DNA of 64,000 nt, taken from positions 960,001 through 1,024,000 of the forward strand of contig JBKBWQ010000001.1 of the NCBI GenBank assembly GCA_046314355.1, written 5' to 3'. Positions 59,501 through 64,000 of the stretch are shown piece by piece. The notes beneath the pieces are model-generated. The model was given only the letters and a program-made list of their open reading frames with translations, was not told the DNA's origin and made no database searches. Position numbers and translations under genes: made by a program. Source of the DNA: Candidatus Altimarinota bacterium (GTDB lineage Bacteria > Patescibacteriota > Gracilibacteria > 1-14-2-50-48-13). The stretch's first letter is position 1; the number at the start of each line of letters is the position of its first letter.

Positions 59501-60283
59501 CAATGCGAGAAATCCGTAATACTTGAAAGACTTCATTGGGAAAGACAGTATCTTGGCTTTTATGTTACTGGTCACCCATTACAAGGTCTCAATCAATATA
59601 TTGCCAAAAATGCTAAATTAATCGAAACTTTTACAGAGAAGGATGCTAATAAAAAGTTCGTTATTGTAGGCTTCATATCAAAAGTCAAAAAACTCATGAC
59701 AAAAAATAAGGAGTTTATGGCTTATGTTACTATTGAAGGTACTTCTTCTTCTATTGCTGCAATTGCTTTTCCTAAAGCATATACTCAAAATAACCTTCAC
59801 ATTCAGGAAGAGAAGTTCGTAAAAGTCTCAGGAAAATTTGATATACGTGATGGTGAAGCTCAATTTATCATCTCTGAGATCCGTGGAGTAAATATTGAAC
59901 TTATGATTGAGAATGCCAAAAGAGATAATCTTTTTAATCAAAATGAAAAGAGATCTCTTGGAGTATCTCAGCTGCGCTTTGGAGTGAATGCACCTGAAGA
60001 AGCAGAAAACACAGCTGAAGATTCAGACATTGCCGAACAAATGGTGCAGCAGGCAACAGGAGGAAAGAAACTTGCAGAACATATCAAGATATCTACTGAA
60101 GCGCAGGAGGTACACATTAGTCTAGAAGTTCCTGATGTAGAAATATTAAGTACCCTAAAGAATTCACTAGGAAATATGCAGGGGAAAAACTACTGTGTAA
60201 TTCTAAATATTCAGGGACAAAGAATAAAGACTCCATTCTTTGTGGATTCACAATTACAGCTGGAGGAAGCGTTGAGTACTTAA
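56519..60283 (+). CDS. dnaE: DNA polymerase III alpha subunit
   Basis: PHP HLHNHS, GPGRGSAAG, SMPDIDTD, KMDFLGL, YGFNKSH, OB fold. Confidence 0.98.
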   Translation: MFVHLHNHSYYSLLEGLSSPAKLAARVKELGQPGCAITDHGVMYGAVEFYKACKEQDITPIIGCEVYVAATNRFDNSPSTGTKRHNLVLIAENHTGYKNLLQLTTKAFTEGFYYKPRVDFEILKEHSEGLICLSSDIRGEISQSILMGKNEEELKALIEKYQEIFGKENYFLEVMDHPDIEDQDKVNKRIIELAKTYDVPLVVTNNSHYAKPEDMEAHEIILCLQSGKDYDDPSRFSMRNGNYSLRSEEELRAIFPDIPEAFDNTVKIMERCHYDFQFGVNLIPSFKVPEGEGSEELFFRKLCWIGTIERYELPFSEADLPILVNKADSGGLGKKLGDTSPEELHEFTEKSYSEEKRKLLENLNEKQKEIVDRLEYEMCVINEMGFCTYFLIVSDFIMWAKDNGIAVGPGRGSAAGAIVAYVLKITDLDPLPHSLLFERFLNPARVSMPDIDTDFEDVRRLEVLDYVTEKYGKQNVAQICTFGSLKAKQAIKDTGRSLGIPYGEMDNLVKKITEKLGTKLKDIIAFNPEIKEAMQNPTYKRVFDLAVNVEGVVRQLGVHACAVVISEKPLTEYTALQFPPKDKKYLVTGYNAKPLEMLGLLKMDFLGLRNLTILQQAIKVIERTKGVTIDLGKLPLDDKKTYELFARGDTKGVFQFESEGMRKWLRELKSTCFEDIIAMVSMYRPGPMAWIPVYIGKKHNLKIQFPSPEAEENFKKLELVLDKYPDVRKILENTNLIPIYQEQILQLAQKFSGFSLGGADLLRRAIGKKIAEELLAQKEKFIEGAKAIGNSPEDAKFIFEKGIEPFADYGFNKSHAACYALIAYQTGYLKAHYPTEFMTALLSTVEDNTEKLLIQIEDCSAMNIEILQPDVNESLVHFTAVKDGQIRFGLNAIKGFGLESAREIVRCREKAGAFTSVEDFIKRAPKSIITRKSLEALILGGALDSLGEDRKVLFSNLETLIEYSKEHHDKEARGQTDIFAAFGGDSSQNGLQLQQCEKSVILERLHWERQYLGFYVTGHPLQGLNQYIAKNAKLIETFTEKDANKKFVIVGFISKVKKLMTKNKEFMAYVTIEGTSSSIAAIAFPKAYTQNNLHIQEEKFVKVSGKFDIRDGEAQFIISEIRGVNIELMIENAKRDNLFNQNEKRSLGVSQLRFGVNAPEEAENTAEDSDIAEQMVQQATGGKKLAEHIKISTEAQEVHISLEVPDVEILSTLKNSLGNMQGKNYCVILNIQGQRIKTPFFVDSQLQLEEALST

Positions 60284-60310
60284 GTCCTTAAGGTACTTTT
60301 TCAACTTTGA

Positions 60311-60760
60311 CTATCCTATTTCATCTAGCTGATCAAGCAAAGCCTCTTCGTGTTCTTCTTCAACTCTCTGAGCAACATGCTCCTGCTTTTTCAGCATTTC
60401 TTTCTTTGTCCTTTGTGCTTCATAATTAATCCTCTGTGTGTCTCCAAAGGTCTGGGGAGGAGCAACTGCATACTGCTGCTGTATTTCAATAAGTTTTTTT
60501 CTTTCTGTAGTTAGAATATCACGAAGTTTATCTACCTGCTCCAAAGTCATCAAAGGTAGCAATCGCAGCCAATATTGTTTTTCTTGAAACGTCAAAGAAG
60601 GAGTCTCAAAAAGCATCTGTACCACGTCTGGATATGTTGTAGCAATAATCGGAGATGTAATTGCCTGCAAAGCATGGAGCTCCTGGATCCGAGGATCAAT
60701 TGGAGCGGCTACTGCAGTAGCGCCTGTACTCTGTGCTATTGGTTGTCCCTGAGACTGCAT
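60311..60760 (-). CDS. hypothetical helical protein
   Basis: EKQYWLRLLPLMTLEQVDKLRDILTTERKKL; acidic C-terminus. Confidence 0.75.
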   Translation of the reverse strand: MQSQGQPIAQSTGATAVAAPIDPRIQELHALQAITSPIIATTYPDVVQMLFETPSLTFQEKQYWLRLLPLMTLEQVDKLRDILTTERKKLIEIQQQYAVAPPQTFGDTQRINYEAQRTKKEMLKKQEHVAQRVEEEHEEALLDQLDEIG

Positions 60761-60785
60761 AGATGAGAATTATTATATCAAAGAA

Positions 60786-62024
60786 TTATACCATAGAAGC
60801 ATGCTCTCCTGCAAGTCTGCCCGTTGCCCAGCTAGCCTGAAGATTAAATCCTCCTGTAAATCCATCAATATTCATAATTTCACCAGCAAAATAGAGTCCA
60901 GGACATATTTTTGACTCCATAGTTTTAGAATCAATCTCAGCAAGATCTACTCCTCCAGCCGTTACAAATTCATCTCCAGCGCCTCTTCCTATGACGGAGA
61001 ATGGACATCTTTTTAAGAGTTCAATAGTTTTATGAAGTGTTTTTTTAGGAATCTCAGCATTCATTTTCTCTGGCGAAATCTCTAAGAGCTCACAAAATAT
61101 TTCTGCAAGTGACCACGGCACATACTCATGCAAAGTAGTCAGAATAGTTTTCTTATGGTTATTTTTCACATATTCAGTCAATTTCTTTTCCAGCTCCTCA
61201 TGAGAGATATCTGGAAGCACATCCAGCATGAGTTTCATAGGATGGGCTTTATCATACTTTTCAAATGCACTTAAAGCAGACATAGCAAAAATAGCAGGAC
61301 CGCTAATACCTTTATGAGTAAAGACAAAAGGTCCTACAAACTCATAGTTTTTCTCACCTCTAATGTAGAATCCTGCTCTCTGGAACGAAACTCCCGCAAC
61401 CTTAGCTGTCCACTTCTCCTCTGTAACAAAGGAACTTAAACTTGGAGCAAGCATAGAGATCTTGTGTCCTAGCTGCTCTGCAAAGGTATATCCATCTCCA
61501 GTGGATCCAGTATGTCTATAAGCTTGTCCACCAGTTGCTAATACTACTTTGTCTACCACAAGATCATCATGGTCTTTAAAAGTAATCGTAAATTTATTAT
61601 CAATATGGGAAATACTTACCACATTTCTCTTAAACAAAATTTGAGCTTTTTTCTTTTTAAACATATCCTCAAAAACACCAACAATATCTTTTCCATTATC
61701 AGACTTTGGAAATACTCTTAGATCCTTTTCAATTTTGAGAGGTACACCATGTCCCTGAAACCAGTTATAAACTTTTTCAGGAGGAAAGTTATACAGAGCT
61801 GTGCGCAGAAAATTTGTACCTCTTGGGTACTTCGTAAGCAGTACTTTCATATCTCTAATACCTGTAGTCACATTGCATCTTCCTCCACCGGAAATGATCA
61901 CCTTATTTCCTAAAAGAGAATTCTTCTCGATAAGAAATACTTCTACATTTGAAGTATTTCTTTCAAGAATAGTCGCAGCCGTCATCATACCCGCTGCCCC
62001 ACCACCGATAATTGCAATTTTCAT
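60786..62024 (-). CDS. HI0933/BaiN family flavoprotein
   Basis: IGGGAAG, SGGGRCNVT, TGSTGDG, FTHKGISGP, VTAGGV, GGFNLQ; start likely MKIAII at 62024. Confidence 0.93.
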   Translation of the reverse strand: MKIAIIGGGAAGMMTAATILERNTSNVEVFLIEKNSLLGNKVIISGGGRCNVTTGIRDMKVLLTKYPRGTNFLRTALYNFPPEKVYNWFQGHGVPLKIEKDLRVFPKSDNGKDIVGVFEDMFKKKKAQILFKRNVVSISHIDNKFTITFKDHDDLVVDKVVLATGGQAYRHTGSTGDGYTFAEQLGHKISMLAPSLSSFVTEEKWTAKVAGVSFQRAGFYIRGEKNYEFVGPFVFTHKGISGPAIFAMSALSAFEKYDKAHPMKLMLDVLPDISHEELEKKLTEYVKNNHKKTILTTLHEYVPWSLAEIFCELLEISPEKMNAEIPKKTLHKTIELLKRCPFSVIGRGAGDEFVTAGGVDLAEIDSKTMESKICPGLYFAGEIMNIDGFTGGFNLQASWATGRLAGEHASMV

Positions 62025-62039
62025 AGCGCTGTTCTTACT

Positions 62040-62151
62040 CACTGAGCTAGACTAGCGAAGTTGAAGTGCCGAAACTCAGCCTTCGGTTACGCTCCACTCA
62101 GGCAATAAATATAATTTTAAATTACTTAATGACCTAATTACTCAATGACTT
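62040..62151. repeat. degenerate CTGAGC…CGAAG / CTTCG…GCTC element plus 8-mer tandem repeat
   Basis: CTGAGCTAGACTAGCGAAG…CTCAG-CCTTCGGTTACGCTC; then AATTACTT AATGACCT AATTACTC AATGACTT (62120-62151). Confidence 0.45.
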
Positions 62152-62155
62152 GAGT

Positions 62156-63190
62156 CTAAGAAAACTGCTTCAAAAATCTCATATCATCTGAGAATAGATA
62201 TCTCGCATCCTCAATCCCATACTTCATCTGTACAAGTCTAGACAATCCGAATCCAAAGGCAAAGCCGCTATACTCGTTTGGATCAATACCCGCTAGTTCA
62301 AGCACACGAGGATGAATCATTCCACATGGCATTACTTCAGTCCATCCAAGTCCTTTACAAAGACCACAGCCTTTTCCGTGACACACTAGACAGTCTATTT
62401 CTAATTCCATTCCTGGTTCAACGAATGGAAAATATCCAGGACGAATTCTAAATTTTACATCCTTACCAAATAGTTCTTTCAAGAAGTCTTGAAGCACCCA
62501 TTCAAGATTTGCAAGAGTAATCCCTTTATCCACCATGATTCCCTCAAGCTGCATAAATGTCGCCTCATGTCTACAGTCTGTAGCCTCATTTCGGAACACT
62601 CTTCCAGGAACAATAGCACGAATAGGAAACTCCTTTGTCTTCAAAATAGTGTTCTGCATACTTGAAGTATGAGTTCGAAGCACAAACCCCTTTTCAAGAT
62701 AAAACGTATCCTGCATATCTCGTGCTGGGTGATCTTTTGGTACATTTACTGCCTCAAAGTTATCAAAGTCAGAGACAATATGCGGACCTTCCCAGACGGC
62801 AAACCCTAGTCTTTTAAAAATATTTATACATTCATTAGCAATAGTTGTGTGGGGATGAAGCCCTCCTTTTTCACTAAAGATTGGATTTTTCTTTCCCGGT
62901 AGCGTCACATCCATCCATTCAGTAGCAACTTTTTCTTCAATAGCTTTGTATTCAATCTCTTTTTTCTTTGCATAAAAAATATCAAGAAGCTCTTTCTTTA
63001 CTCTATTTGACTCACCTCCAACGCTTTGTTTTTCCTCAGGAGAAAGATCCTTCAGTCCTTTCAGGATATTATTAAGAGAACCTGACTTTCCAAGCACGCT
63101 TTTTTCCACTTCCTCTAAAGCCTCCCAAGTCATAGCTTTTTCAAGAGCACCCTTCGCTTCCACATAAATATTTTGAATTTGATCGAGCAT
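62156..63190 (-). CDS. pheS: phenylalanine--tRNA ligase alpha subunit
   Basis: HPARDMQDTFY, LRTHTS, GRVFR, YFPFVEP, GFAFGFG; Zn insert CLVC…CGLC. Confidence 0.98.
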   Translation of the reverse strand: MLDQIQNIYVEAKGALEKAMTWEALEEVEKSVLGKSGSLNNILKGLKDLSPEEKQSVGGESNRVKKELLDIFYAKKKEIEYKAIEEKVATEWMDVTLPGKKNPIFSEKGGLHPHTTIANECINIFKRLGFAVWEGPHIVSDFDNFEAVNVPKDHPARDMQDTFYLEKGFVLRTHTSSMQNTILKTKEFPIRAIVPGRVFRNEATDCRHEATFMQLEGIMVDKGITLANLEWVLQDFLKELFGKDVKFRIRPGYFPFVEPGMELEIDCLVCHGKGCGLCKGLGWTEVMPCGMIHPRVLELAGIDPNEYSGFAFGFGLSRLVQMKYGIEDARYLFSDDMRFLKQFS

Positions 63191-63252
63191 ACAGTCATAA
63201 TGAATAATACTTGTGTACTATACGAAATGTTCAGTGAAGTTGCAAGGGAAGA

Positions 63253-64000
63253 CTAGTCTATATCTATAAAAACTCTCTGTGCTCTATGATCCGAATATTC
63301 CGCCTGCTCAACATTCTCATGTTTTAAAAGCTCAATTCCTTTCACAAGATTATAATCAATCCTCCACCAGGAATTTCCTTTCATATCCCAGGTAACTGGA
63401 AATACATCACTACTCTGAGAGAATGAATCTTTAGTAACTTCCTGAAGAGGTCTCATCATTCCCATAGTCTTTGAAGTATTAAAGTCTCCTGAGATATATG
63501 CTTTCTCACTTTTTTTCACCCCATCAAGCAGCTGTCTAAACTGTTCATGTCTCCAGTTATAGCGTTCCTTTGTTTCTCTTAAAAACTCTACAGGTTGTCT
63601 ATAAAGTTCTGGCAAAAGATGTATCCTCATATGTACGTTATAGAAATCCACACCTTTTCCATCAAGATTCACAGTAACCCTTTGAAAGTCATTTGGTTCT
63701 CTATACTCTGAATCAGTTACAGCAAGTCTCGATAGAGTCACGAGCTCATGATGAGCAATAATCGTATAGTCAGGAAAATACTTATTAAAGATCTTTGTGT
63801 CTACATTGCCTTTTCCGCGAGGTGGTATCACTTCCTGCAGCTGATAAATATCAGCATTCTGTGATTTTAAGAACTTCATATATTCTTCAGGGTCCTTTTG
63901 ATTCCATAGTGTCGTATTCGAATTAAATACTATGACACTATTATGGGTATCCTGTGGTTCACTACCAAACAACAGTGAGGGATTGAATTCTATGAATAGA
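63253..64000 (-). CDS. endonuclease/exonuclease/phosphatase (EEP) domain protein, 5'-truncated by the window edge
   Basis: ADIYQLQE, NVH, GDFN, RIDY, SDH; frame open to the window end. Confidence 0.88.
   Translation of the reverse strand, partial: LFIEFNPSLLFGSEPQDTHNSVIVFNSNTTLWNQKDPEEYMKFLKSQNADIYQLQEVIPPRGKGNVDTKIFNKYFPDYTIIAHHELVTLSRLAVTDSEYREPNDFQRVTVNLDGKGVDFYNVHMRIHLLPELYRQPVEFLRETKERYNWRHEQFRQLLDGVKKSEKAYISGDFNTSKTMGMMRPLQEVTKDSFSQSSDVFPVTWDMKGNSWWRIDYNLVKGIELLKHENVEQAEYSDHRAQRVFIDID

Noticed and set aside
1-64000. Genetic code 25 (UGA=Gly)
   Set aside because: All conserved genes are full length in code 11 with no in-frame TGA; only TGA avoidance is supported

Overview
Low-GC bacterial chromosomal segment, most likely from a Patescibacteria/CPR organism, possibly near Gracilibacteria/Peregrinibacteria (inferred from an SLH-domain protein, no rpmD in the spc operon, no Shine-Dalgarno motifs and large orphan proteins). 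It reads cleanly in the standard code. The centre (23.7-40.8 kb, minus strand) is a fused tuf-S10-spc-alpha-rplM/rpsI superoperon lacking rpmC and rpmD. The left arm holds accessory genes: SLH-phosphodiester glycosidase, NUDIX, an NDT-like/RHH fusion, two VOC proteins, a ThDP enzyme plus aldehyde dehydrogenase, LRR and kinase-like proteins, SPFH, HIT plus two MazG-like proteins, argS, a glycosylation locus and a 1295-aa repeat protein. The right arm holds rsmH-ftsL-RNHCP, a lipoprotein, uvrC, an O-antigen ligase-like gene, tRNA-Lys(CTT), rmuC, ASCH, recJ, a udk-like gene, dnaE, an HI0933 flavoprotein and pheS. Top candidates for new biology: (1) a catalytically degenerate nucleoside-deoxyribosyltransferase domain fused to a ribbon-helix-helix, with three TGCACAT repeats over its own promoter and a divergent NUDIX gene; (2) an unannotated ~200-nt promoter-to-terminator structured RNA with a possible pseudoknot at 42.98-43.2 kb; (3) near absence of TGA stops (1 of 74 genes, vs 17 TAG); (4) a three-copy CGTCATCC...TCTTTAG...GGAYCY palindromic repeat family and an adjoining GC-rich structured island. 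All calls were made by eye; no database searches were run.
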